The translations under genes were made by a program, and so were the position numbers. From Pseudobdellovibrionaceae bacterium (GTDB taxonomy: Bacteria > Bdellovibrionota > Bdellovibrionia > Bdellovibrionales > Bdellovibrionaceae), in NCBI GenBank assembly GCA_039810425.1, contig JBDHWW010000008.1, forward strand, positions 1 to 64,000: a stretch of 64,000 bases of DNA, written 5' to 3'. The notes under the pieces are model-generated. The model was not told where the DNA came from and did no database searches. It saw only the letters and a program-made list of their open reading frames with translations. Shown piece after piece: positions 39,194 to 47,648 of the stretch. Positions within the stretch are counted from its first letter, which is position 1. Every line of letters starts with the position of its first letter.

Positions 39194-40027
39194 TTAACCC
39201 AAGAGTTTCAAAGCAAGCTGCGGTGTCGAGTTAGCTTGACCAAGAACACTTGTATTCGCGTTCAAGAGAATCGTATTTCTAGTCATCTCTGAAGTTGCTG
39301 CCGCTACATCTGTGTCACGGATACGAGAGTTTGCTGCCGAGATATTTTCGTACATGACACCCAAGTTGTCAGAAGTGGATTGCAAACGATTTTGGATCGC
39401 ACCTAGACTTGCGCGGTAGCCATTCACTTTGAATTGTGCATCATCCAGTTTTGAAAGAGCGGACTGCGCACCTTCTTTGGAAGTGAAATCGAGGCCTTCT
39501 ACGCCCAACTCATCAATTGTCGCGTTGGTCATCGCAGAATCATACGTGATACGATCTTCTGATTCATTATTGTTGATACCGACTTGGAAATCGAATGCGT
39601 TGCCAGAACCATTCAGAAGCTGTGTATTTCCGAAACGAGTTGTTTGAGAGATTCGTTGCATTTCCGCTTTAAGTTGTTGCACCTCTTTGTCAGTGAAACC
39701 GCGTTCACGGTCACCTACGGTGTCGGAAGCGGCCTGGATGCCCAACTCACGAATACGAGTCAAAATGTTGCTCACTTCGTTCAACCCGCCTTCTGCAGTT
39801 TGCACCATAGAGATACCATCGTTAGCATTACGTTGAGCCTGAACCATACTACGGCCTTGAGATTTTAAATTTTCACTGATTGCCAAGCCTGCAGCGTCGT
39901 CTGCTGACTTAGTGATACGAGAACCTGAAGCCAATTGAGCCATGCTCTTTTGGATTTCGCGCTGGCCATTAGCCATTGTTCGCTGCGCGTTAATTGCTGC
40001 TACGTTCGTCGAAATTCTGATTCCCAT
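39194..40027 (-). CDS. fliC: Flagellin A (277 aa)
   Basis: LASGSRITKSADDAAGLAIS, QNRL, SRIRDTDVA. Confidence 0.97.
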   Translation of the reverse strand: MGIRISTNVAAINAQRTMANGQREIQKSMAQLASGSRITKSADDAAGLAISENLKSQGRSMVQAQRNANDGISMVQTAEGGLNEVSNILTRIRELGIQAASDTVGDRERGFTDKEVQQLKAEMQRISQTTRFGNTQLLNGSGNAFDFQVGINNNESEDRITYDSAMTNATIDELGVEGLDFTSKEGAQSALSKLDDAQFKVNGYRASLGAIQNRLQSTSDNLGVMYENISAANSRIRDTDVAAATSEMTRNTILLNANTSVLGQANSTPQLALKLLG

Positions 40028-40198
40028 GTGGGACCTCCATTTTTTTGGCGGTCTTATACCTACTTAGACCGCCTGTTTGTACACGTTGGTGACTTCACTT
40101 CTTCCTCTAGAGCCTGCTAGCGATGAACTCTCGGCAGTCACTCCTTAAGTCCCTCTCAGCCCGTCCAGGTCGAGGTGTCGTCGTTGCTGTTGACATAC

Positions 40199-40225
40199 CT
40201 TTCGGCGAGGTCGTGGAAGTCTTTA
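40199..40225 (-). promoter_or_regulatory. Putative sigma28 promoter of flagellin A (leader ~165 nt)
   Basis: TAAA-N15-GCCGAAAG. Confidence 0.75.
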
Positions 40226-40439
40226 GTCGCGTCCGGCAGAACTGGACCATCGTCGCGCGCGAACTAGACTAAGGTTTTGCTTTTCTGGACTTTTTGCGCG
40301 GATTTCCCGGCTCTAGGTCGTGGAAATTTCCACGCCCGACCACAGTCTCGTCGGGCCGGTGCTGGACTATATACTAAGAGATCTTAGTCTTGGCTGATGA
40401 AAGGCTTGGTCTGGCCTGGAAGAAGCTGGTAAAACTCTA

Positions 40440-40895
40440 ATGGTGAAAACAAAAACAGCTGTCCTTATACTTACACTGATCATCACCGCATGCGCCTCTT
40501 CAGAAAGTGCGCAGAACGATCCTACGACAGGTGAAACAATGGCAAAGCTAAAATCCCGCCCGTTGGGCGTGTCCGTGATTGAGTTGCCTAACACCAATGC
40601 TATTTCCATTAAATTGAAATTTGACTGTCAGGATGAAAATTACAAAATCCGTATGCTTAAGTACAAGATCCGCGCGACTGAGAATGACAAAGAGATCCAG
40701 ACCGATGGCCTGCAAAAAAGCTGGCTCGATAAAAACATAACCATCGTGAATCTCAAGTACCCTAAAACCCGCCATATCAAGTTTAAGAGCATTGAGATCT
40801 CGGCCCACTCTTGGGTGCGCTCATTCCCCGATTCGCAGCTTAGCAGCCCCATTGGCCTGACTCTGCAGCAATGCAAGGACTTAGCGCCGTATTAG
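40440..40895 (+). CDS. Hypothetical lipoprotein
   Basis: Lipobox ITAC. Confidence 0.55.
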   Translation: MVKTKTAVLILTLIITACASSESAQNDPTTGETMAKLKSRPLGVSVIELPNTNAISIKLKFDCQDENYKIRMLKYKIRATENDKEIQTDGLQKSWLDKNITIVNLKYPKTRHIKFKSIEISAHSWVRSFPDSQLSSPIGLTLQQCKDLAPY

Positions 40896-40995
40896 TTGTC
40901 CTCTCAAAGGTCGCAAGAACCTTTTTTGCGTTTACTCGATCGTAGCTGCCGCGGCCATGGGCAGCAACTACCACTCACCGTATATTGTGTTTGCT

Positions 40996-41499
40996 CTAGC
41001 TATTTTCAGATTTCTCGCGGCGATCGCTTCGGGCTCTATAGAAAGCTTTGGTTGCAACGTAAATATTCTTGTCTATGGTTGAGACGATAGCACCCGACTC
41101 ATCAAACCAACTGACGGATTTTGCAAACTCATACTTGCCTTCAGAAGCAGTCACGCGTTTGATTTGCTCGACCTCGTCTTCGGTATAGATAAATTCAGCT
41201 TTGAGCTTTCCTTTGCCGGGCTTTTTAAACTGAATCGATGCCGACTTATCCCAAACGACGTAGCCATCGCCAAGAATATTAATCAGCATCACCATGTACA
41301 TTGGATCCGTGGCAGAAAATTGGCTGCCACCGAAAATCGTGCCAACATAATTGCGCGTCCAAATATTCAGTGACAAGCGCACAACTACCCTCATCCAATC
41401 ACCCGCGATAAACAGCACCTTACCACCGGTTCCGAAGAACATTGGATATAGATTAATACCATATCTGAAAAATCGCGTTTTTAAAGATTCAGGAGTCAT
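40996..41499 (-). CDS. DUF4442 / hot-dog thioesterase-like protein
   Basis: RNYVGTIFGGS, DPMY, VWDKSASIQFKKPG motifs. Confidence 0.85.
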   Translation of the reverse strand: MTPESLKTRFFRYGINLYPMFFGTGGKVLFIAGDWMRVVVRLSLNIWTRNYVGTIFGGSQFSATDPMYMVMLINILGDGYVVWDKSASIQFKKPGKGKLKAEFIYTEDEVEQIKRVTASEGKYEFAKSVSWFDESGAIVSTIDKNIYVATKAFYRARSDRREKSENS

Positions 41500-41509
41500 G
41501 CTTTTCCTT

Positions 41510-42523
41510 CTAATGCCAAACCAAAGGATCAGACCAAAGCGCATCAACGAGACTCACTTCCGCCGGCTGGTAGGATCTCATGCCCAATGCTTTCATAAAG
41601 CCGAACACCAACGCAAGGTTTGTCACCTCGGTCGCCGCATAGGGGTCATTAATCTGAACATCCGTCATATTCGCACGAATCTCGAGAGCCGCCTGAATCG
41701 TTTCTTGTGTCATCGCACTGGCGGCAATAATTTGCCGAGGAAGCGACTTTGCCAAAACACCGCCGATACCAACAACCACTGTTTCGGGATTTGCGAATTT
41801 TCTTTTGATGTTAGCCGGCACGGTTGCTGTTGCTTCTACTTCCGCAAGAGCTACTGAAGGCTTCACGTTTTTTTTCTTTAATGGGTTGGGAGAAGTGACT
41901 TTGTCCGGATTCATTTTCTGAACTTTAGCAATGACCTGATTTTTAAAACTCACCGACGCGAGATTGCCGTAATATACCGTCGGCTTGAGTGCTTCATCCA
42001 CGCTTGTCATTTGCATGCTGCCGCCGCCGATATCCCAAACCACCAGATCCCCAATAGGGACTTTGACTTTTTCGCGAGCCACTTGAAAGCCTAAGAAGGC
42101 CTCTTCGCTTTGCGAGATCACCTTTAAGGGAATGGACAGTTTTTCACGAATCACTTTTACGAAGCTGTCGGCATTTTTAGCCTGACGAAAAGCCGCCGTC
42201 GCGATGCCTGTGAACCTCTTCGTCCCTTTGGCCTGAGCTTCACTCTTTAATTTTTCGAGCGCGACTAGCCCCTCGGTTTGAACAGACTCTGAAAACTCCC
42301 CAGCCTCGTTCTTTTCAAGCGCGTCTCGGTAATCGACCTTCACTTGATCCTCGAGCACCGTTTGAGTCACATCCTGTGTGCAAGTATTAAACTCAACGAC
42401 CTTCATTTTAGTGGCACCGGATCCCACATCAAAGGCCGCGCGGATCTCGGGTCCACACTTCGGCGTCGTCTGGCAAGAAACCAAAGAAAGCGATATAAGA
42501 AGAAGAAATAAAACATGGTACAT
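41510..42523 (-). CDS. Ppx/GppA (ASKHA) phosphatase-family protein with lipoprotein signal
   Basis: DVGSGATK, ATAAFRQA, VISQSEEA, DIGGGS; lipobox LVSC. Confidence 0.85.
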   Translation of the reverse strand: MYHVLFLLLISLSLVSCQTTPKCGPEIRAAFDVGSGATKMKVVEFNTCTQDVTQTVLEDQVKVDYRDALEKNEAGEFSESVQTEGLVALEKLKSEAQAKGTKRFTGIATAAFRQAKNADSFVKVIREKLSIPLKVISQSEEAFLGFQVAREKVKVPIGDLVVWDIGGGSMQMTSVDEALKPTVYYGNLASVSFKNQVIAKVQKMNPDKVTSPNPLKKKNVKPSVALAEVEATATVPANIKRKFANPETVVVGIGGVLAKSLPRQIIAASAMTQETIQAALEIRANMTDVQINDPYAATEVTNLALVFGFMKALGMRSYQPAEVSLVDALWSDPLVWH

Positions 42524-42620
42524 AGATCGTCCTTGAAAGATTTCCTCCTATTACAAGCCGTATAGAACGAAACTTCAAGAAACCATCGCGCTGCATCCGA
42601 AAAAGGTACGGCGTACCCTC

Positions 42621-42656
42621 AAAAAAAAAACCCCGAAAGGCTTGCGCCTCCCGGGG
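42621..42656 (-). terminator. Intrinsic terminator ~230 nt downstream of flagellin B
   Basis: CCCCGGGAGGC-GCAA-GCCUUUCGGGG followed by U10. Confidence 0.85.
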
Positions 42657-42888
42657 TGGGCTTAAGAGTAGTTTTTGTGGGCGACTACTCGTAATTATTT
42701 GAAACTCCGTTCCCGCTGGAGTTCCTTTAAAATTTATCTCAAGAGTTCGCGCAATCAATTAGGATTACACCAACTCCTCAAATATTGTCCGCAATGACAA
42801 AGCAGTTTTGGAAGGCTCGGCAGATCTGTGAGCACTCACTCTCACAGATCCACCATTTTGTATCACTGAAGCTTTCAGTGAAATTTTA

Positions 42889-43713
42889 TTATAAGAGCTT
42901 CAATGCGACCGCTGGTGTTTGGTTGGCTTGAGCCAAAACCCCTACCGCCGCTTGTTGCAAGATATTGGCAGACGTCATCTCAGAAGTTTCTTTCGCGACG
43001 TCTGTGTCACGGATACGAGAGTTCGCAGCCGTCAAGTTTTCGTACTGGATGTCCAAGTTGCTTACCGTGGAATCCAAGCGACTTTGTACCGCACCGAAGT
43101 TCGCTCTCAGTGAGCTGACCTTCACGAGGGCATCATCGACGGTTTTCAAAGCAGCGCGCGCATCGGATTTCGTACCTACCTCAAGACCGTCGATACCAAG
43201 CTCTGAGCCTGTAGCATCGGCGCCAAGGTCGTACTTAATAATATTCTCATCACCGGCGAAGGCACCCACTTGGAACTCCATCTTACCGCCAGAGCCATCC
43301 AAGAGCCGTTTATCACCAAACACCGTAGTTTTCGCGATACGGTCCGCCTCTTGAGTCAGTTGGGTTGCTTCAAGATTCAAGAATCCGCGTTCGCGCTCAC
43401 CGATATGGTCAGAAGCCGCTTGGACTCCCAACTCACGCAAACGGATTAAAATATTACTGATCTCATTCAATCCCCCCTCAGACACTTGAATTGCTGAAGT
43501 CGCATTGAACGCATTGTTTCTGGCCTGAGCAATACCGCGCACCTGGCCGCGGATATTTTCAGAGATCGCGAGGCCGGCCGCATCATCAGATGCATGCACG
43601 ATACGCGAACCAGAAGCTAAGGCCGCCGTCGCATGTTCCGCACGTTTCTGCTGAACCGACAACACCCTTTGTGCCGATATAGACGCCATGTTGGTCTGAA
43701 TTCTTAAGCCCAT
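42889..43713 (-). CDS. fliC: Flagellin B (274 aa)
   Basis: LASGSRIVHASDDAAGLAIS, SRIRDTDVA. Confidence 0.97.
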   Translation of the reverse strand: MGLRIQTNMASISAQRVLSVQQKRAEHATAALASGSRIVHASDDAAGLAISENIRGQVRGIAQARNNAFNATSAIQVSEGGLNEISNILIRLRELGVQAASDHIGERERGFLNLEATQLTQEADRIAKTTVFGDKRLLDGSGGKMEFQVGAFAGDENIIKYDLGADATGSELGIDGLEVGTKSDARAALKTVDDALVKVSSLRANFGAVQSRLDSTVSNLDIQYENLTAANSRIRDTDVAKETSEMTSANILQQAAVGVLAQANQTPAVALKLL

Positions 43714-43940
43714 TGTATCCTCCTTAGGATGAAGCCAACGCGGTTCCGACCCACCGAAGCTCGCGCTGGAGTTCTAAAAAACTAACTACGTTAAAATGTT
43801 TTTTTAGATTGGAGCGGGCCCGCACTCTCTGACGGGGCGACTGTCCCTTCAGAGAGGCGAGCTATCCGCCTAAGGAGGATTCTGTCGAGTGACTGCTAGA
43901 CAAAGGTCCCGAGGTTTTAGCTCCAACGTGTACGCAATAC

Positions 43941-43967
43941 TTCTCGGCCTTGGTCCAGGAAACTTAA
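43941..43967 (-). promoter_or_regulatory. Putative sigma28 promoter of flagellin B (leader ~220 nt)
   Basis: TTAAGTTT-N11-GCCGAGAA. Confidence 0.75.
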
Positions 43968-44109
43968 GGCCCTTGGTCTAGCTTTTCTTTGGATGCGACG
44001 CGTCTTGTATGTGAAAATATTGAGAATGTGGATTAAAAAAATATTTTAAAAACACCTACTTAGGTCTAGGTCGAACTAGACCTTGCAGCAATTATGTTAC
44101 GGAGTTTGG

Positions 44110-44141
44110 GCGGCGAAGAACGCCATTAGCGTCTTCGCCGC
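44110..44141 (-). terminator. Strong hairpin downstream of flagellin C
   Basis: GCGGCGAAGACGCU-AAU-GGCGUUCUUCGCCGC; no clear U tract. Confidence 0.55.
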
Positions 44142-44173
44142 AAATTCAGTCGCCCCCAAATATATTCATAAAT

Positions 44174-44998
44174 CTAAGCGATTAATCGCAGCAGAACTTC
44201 ATTCGACATATTGGACTGGGCCAATACCGATGCCTGATATTGCTGCAAGATCTGACCACGGCGAACCTCGCTCACCGCTTGCGCGACATCAGTGTCGGCC
44301 ATTCTCGAGTGCGCGGCTTCGATGTTCTCGATGCCCACCGCGAGATTGTTGGCGGCGCTGTCCATACGTGATTGGACGGCTCCGTATTTGGCGCGTGCCT
44401 CGGCCACCTTCATCATCGCTTCATCGATGTCCTTCAGGTTACTGCGGGCATCGCTCTTGGATTCGATATCGCCGCCAGCCACGCCCAGTGAAGAGCCCGT
44501 GGTGTCGGTGTCCGAAGTGTACTTAATGATGCTGTCGCTGCCACCCGAAGTTCCGACTTGGAATTCGTAGTCTTTCGATCTTCCATTCAGCAATGAGGTG
44601 GAACCATAAGTGGTCGTCTTTGCAATACGATCCAACTCTTGCGACAGTTGAGTGTATTCAAAGTTAAGGTATTCGCGCTCTTTATCAGAGTACGTATCAC
44701 TCGCTGCCTGAACCGCTAGCTCGCGCATACGGATCAGAATATTATTCTGCTCGTTGAGAGCCCCCTCAGCGACTTGAATAAAACTCGTGGCATTGTCGGC
44801 ATTGTTCAATGCCGCCCTTTGGCCTCGCATTTGACCTTTGAGTTGCTCTGCGATTGCAGCGCCAGCGGCGTCGGAGCCGGGCGTATTGAAGCGGGTTCCG
44901 GAAGCCAAATCCTTCATAGCCTTTTCAGTAGACCGTTGGGTCGAGCCCAGGTATCTCTGCGCCATGAGAGATGCCGAAACAGGAGAAATACGTAACAT
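44174..44998 (-). CDS. fliC: Flagellin C (274 aa, more divergent)
   Basis: GGAGGT RBS before MLRIS; LASG..DAAG, RMRELAVQAASD, SRMADTDVA. Confidence 0.95.
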   Translation of the reverse strand: MLRISPVSASLMAQRYLGSTQRSTEKAMKDLASGTRFNTPGSDAAGAAIAEQLKGQMRGQRAALNNADNATSFIQVAEGALNEQNNILIRMRELAVQAASDTYSDKEREYLNFEYTQLSQELDRIAKTTTYGSTSLLNGRSKDYEFQVGTSGGSDSIIKYTSDTDTTGSSLGVAGGDIESKSDARSNLKDIDEAMMKVAEARAKYGAVQSRMDSAANNLAVGIENIEAAHSRMADTDVAQAVSEVRRGQILQQYQASVLAQSNMSNEVLLRLIA

Positions 44999-45102
44999 TG
45001 AAGCCACCTCCCCTTCCCCGAGTGCCTCGCCCCGAGACATTATGGAAGGAAAAAAGCGCCCACATTTAAACTCTTAAGACCTTTGTCTAGCAGTCACAAT
45101 TC

Positions 45103-45129
45103 TTTTCGGCGCATTGCGTTAAAACTTTA
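45103..45129 (-). promoter_or_regulatory. Putative sigma28 promoter of flagellin C (leader ~100 nt)
   Basis: TAAAGTTT-N11-GCCGAAAA, near-perfect consensus. Confidence 0.85.
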
Positions 45130-45164
45130 GGATCATTGCGAATTATTAGACCTTACGACTCATT

Positions 45165-46418
45165 TTAAGGCATCGGAATCGGACTCATCAGATCTTCTGA
45201 AGAAACACTGGATGAACTATCGAACGGCAAGAAGCTTTGCGCTGTATAGGCGAAGGGGTGCCGGCCGCCATACTGCTGGATTATATCCATTACTTTGTTT
45301 CGAATCTGGTCACGAGCGTTGCTCCAATCTGCCGGGCTCTCGGTGTTCATGAAAATGCCGAAATAGACATCGCCCTGAGTTGTGGAAAGGACCCCCGTTA
45401 ACGTGACGGCAGGGTCCACTGTGCCCGTCTTCGCCACCATACTGTTCGGGATAGGATCAAATCGCGGACTCAGAGTTCCACCATCCGCGCCAGAGACTGC
45501 CATCACATCCTTTAAGCTCATTCTGTATTTCGTCTGAAGCTCAGATTGCATTTGGTACTGAACACGAAGAATTGCTTCACAAGTGGCTCGGTTGTATGTT
45601 TTGGTGCCACCGTCTACGCCAGAAATAGAGTTCCCTGAGCCATTCACAAAGACGAGATCAAGATCGTTCAGATTTAAACTACTTTGTATAAAGCTGCGGA
45701 AATGAGGTGTCCCGCCGAGGATTTCAAAAAGTTTGTCGGCAACGTGATTGTTAGAAACCGTGTTCATTTCTTTGAGGTAGCGGAAAAGCGGCGCTGACTT
45801 CACGACAAAGGACTTTGTGGCAGATGAGGGTTGGAATGCCGCTGCCGGGACCAGCTCCACGGTTTGAGCGGTCAAACTGAGTGTCTTGGGCAGTGTCATA
45901 CCGAGATTCGCAGCCTCTTGGCGTGTTCGAGGGTATTCGGTCGCTAATGCCCTGATATGCCGAGCAATTGAGCCCGCAATTTCTTGGGGGGTTGGCTCCT
46001 CCGGCTCCACGCTGTCTGTAACAACAAACCAGCGGAAACCGAGATTCTCGTCAAAACTTAATTTCCGGATTTGACGAACTCCATTTCGATTCAACTCCGA
46101 AAATAAAAAATGGGTGAGCTGGCGACCCCAGAACGGATCTCGTGCTCCTTGAATGTGCACGTCGAAAACGTCGTGGCCCAAAGGCGTTATGAAAATACGA
46201 GTACTAAAACGAAATTGAGGGCCTAATTGGTAAAGTGCCCAATAGGAAGTAACAACTTTGGAAACTGAGGCGATCTCAAAAAGTTCGTTGCTGTGCACGC
46301 CTTGAATTCTTGAGTGGCCGCCTTCATCGAGCATATAGCAAACGGAGTTGAGACTCGTTTTCGCCTCTCCCAGGACTGTGAGGCTCAATAGAATGCTGAA
46401 AAGAACTATTCCCTTCAC
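45165..46418 (-). CDS. Secreted D-Ala-D-Ala carboxypeptidase/endopeptidase (PBP4/DacB, S13)
   Basis: Signal peptide; SVSK, SNN, NGSG, GTL, KTGT motifs. Confidence 0.88.
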   Translation of the reverse strand: MKGIVLFSILLSLTVLGEAKTSLNSVCYMLDEGGHSRIQGVHSNELFEIASVSKVVTSYWALYQLGPQFRFSTRIFITPLGHDVFDVHIQGARDPFWGRQLTHFLFSELNRNGVRQIRKLSFDENLGFRWFVVTDSVEPEEPTPQEIAGSIARHIRALATEYPRTRQEAANLGMTLPKTLSLTAQTVELVPAAAFQPSSATKSFVVKSAPLFRYLKEMNTVSNNHVADKLFEILGGTPHFRSFIQSSLNLNDLDLVFVNGSGNSISGVDGGTKTYNRATCEAILRVQYQMQSELQTKYRMSLKDVMAVSGADGGTLSPRFDPIPNSMVAKTGTVDPAVTLTGVLSTTQGDVYFGIFMNTESPADWSNARDQIRNKVMDIIQQYGGRHPFAYTAQSFLPFDSSSSVSSEDLMSPIPMP

Positions 46419-46677
46419 AGGATCTCCTTTCCAAAGTCATCTATATGCATGTTAGCGCCCTCGGCAATATATAAAAGTTATAAATTCTTCTTCGATAATC
46501 ATGTTCAGAGTCCTTCTAGAATTTTCCTAAAGGGTTAGAAAAATTGCCTTTAAATGTTTTTTTTCTGGTTTGGCGGCCCCTTATCATTTACAACATAAGG
46601 GTATTTTTACTTTCAGTTAGATTAGTCATACTCAGATAAAACACCATTGATGTAACAACTCGAAGCACAGGATTAAT

Positions 46678-46959
46678 ATGAAAGAGAATAAACTTCTGGC
46701 CGATTTCCTGAGAGATAAACGGATCGAATCCGGACACTCTCAAATGGATGTCGCCAAAAAGCTGGGCTACACCTCAGCTCAATTCGTTTCCAACTGGGAG
46801 CGAGGCCTCTCTAGCCCTCCGATTCACACTCTAAGAAATCTCAGCGAGCTGTATCAAATTCCTCCTGATGTGCTTTTCGATATCACTCTTAAGACGATGA
46901 TCAATCAAGTGACCATGGACTTGCGTAAAAAATTTTACGGCAAAAGAGGCAAAGGCTAA
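46678..46959 (+). CDS. XRE-family HTH regulator
   Basis: SQMDVAKKLGYTSAQFVSNWERG. Confidence 0.9.
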   Translation: MKENKLLADFLRDKRIESGHSQMDVAKKLGYTSAQFVSNWERGLSSPPIHTLRNLSELYQIPPDVLFDITLKTMINQVTMDLRKKFYGKRGKG

Positions 46960-46967
46960 TTTAGCAG

Positions 46968-47648
46968 TTAGGGGATATTGGGGTATGCCCGGTATTCCCT
47001 AACTATCTTAGCGATGTCCTCGCTCACTTTTTGATAGCCGAATCGATGTTTCTTGTCTCCTAATCCTATTTCCGCAAAGACATTGCCTTTGTCGAAGGGA
47101 CCAAAGAAACCGGTGAAAAAATCGAATCGTCCTTCACCGAGAATTGCGCCGCCTTGATCGCGCACCACCAAGTAACCATTGTGAGCCTTTCCGTCAGGCA
47201 GCCGCACACCCACAAGCCTCGGTACGAAAATCACGTCACCTACTTTATGAATACTCAGATCCGCCGCCACTGAATAGAAGGGATCCAAGCACAAGGCTTG
47301 AACGCCGTAGCCATAGGGGCAACGGGCTTCTTTCTTCTCGGCAAAGCGGCTAATGCCGTCTTTCTTCCTGGTGAAGTTGAAGTTGCGTGTGCGCTGCCCT
47401 TCAACCACATAGCAAGAACCTTGCAGCAAACAGTTGTCGTAATTTTTTTTGCAAAGTGAGATCAAAATTTTATCATTCTCATCAATGAGATCTTTAAGGT
47501 CGTTACCCGCGCAGACATCTTTTTCCTTATAGATCACCGGTTTGTAGTAAATCGTCGGCGTTATCATTGGCAAATTGTCACCCACGCTGCGGGCACAAGC
47601 CGTCGTGAGCAGAGAAAGAATGAAAAGAATTAGAAGCTGTCTTACCAT
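46968..47648 (-). CDS. Lipoprotein with 3D (MltA-like) domain
   Basis: Lipobox TTAC; SVAAD, DQGGAI, RFDFFTG. Confidence 0.75.
   Translation of the reverse strand: MVRQLLILFILSLLTTACARSVGDNLPMITPTIYYKPVIYKEKDVCAGNDLKDLIDENDKILISLCKKNYDNCLLQGSCYVVEGQRTRNFNFTRKKDGISRFAEKKEARCPYGYGVQALCLDPFYSVAADLSIHKVGDVIFVPRLVGVRLPDGKAHNGYLVVRDQGGAILGEGRFDFFTGFFGPFDKGNVFAEIGLGDKKHRFGYQKVSEDIAKIVREYRAYPNIP

Larger units (their letters stand above)
43889..45097. repeat. Perfect 20-bp inverted repeat pair (43889-43908 and 45078-45097) in the leaders of flagellins B and C
   Basis: GTGACTGCTAGACAAAGGTC at 43889 and its exact reverse complement GACCTTTGTCTAGCAGTCAC at 45078. Confidence 0.95.

Noticed and set aside
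42630..42660. GGGAGGCGCAAGCC resembling part of a c-di-GMP-I riboswitch
   Set aside because: It forms the stem-loop of a U10 terminator; no GAAA-tetraloop P2 or other GEMM elements are visible.
43909..45077. Hin-like invertible segment between the 20-bp inverted repeats
   Set aside because: Not favoured: no recombinase in the window and inversion would leave both flagellins promoterless. Kept only as a testable alternative.
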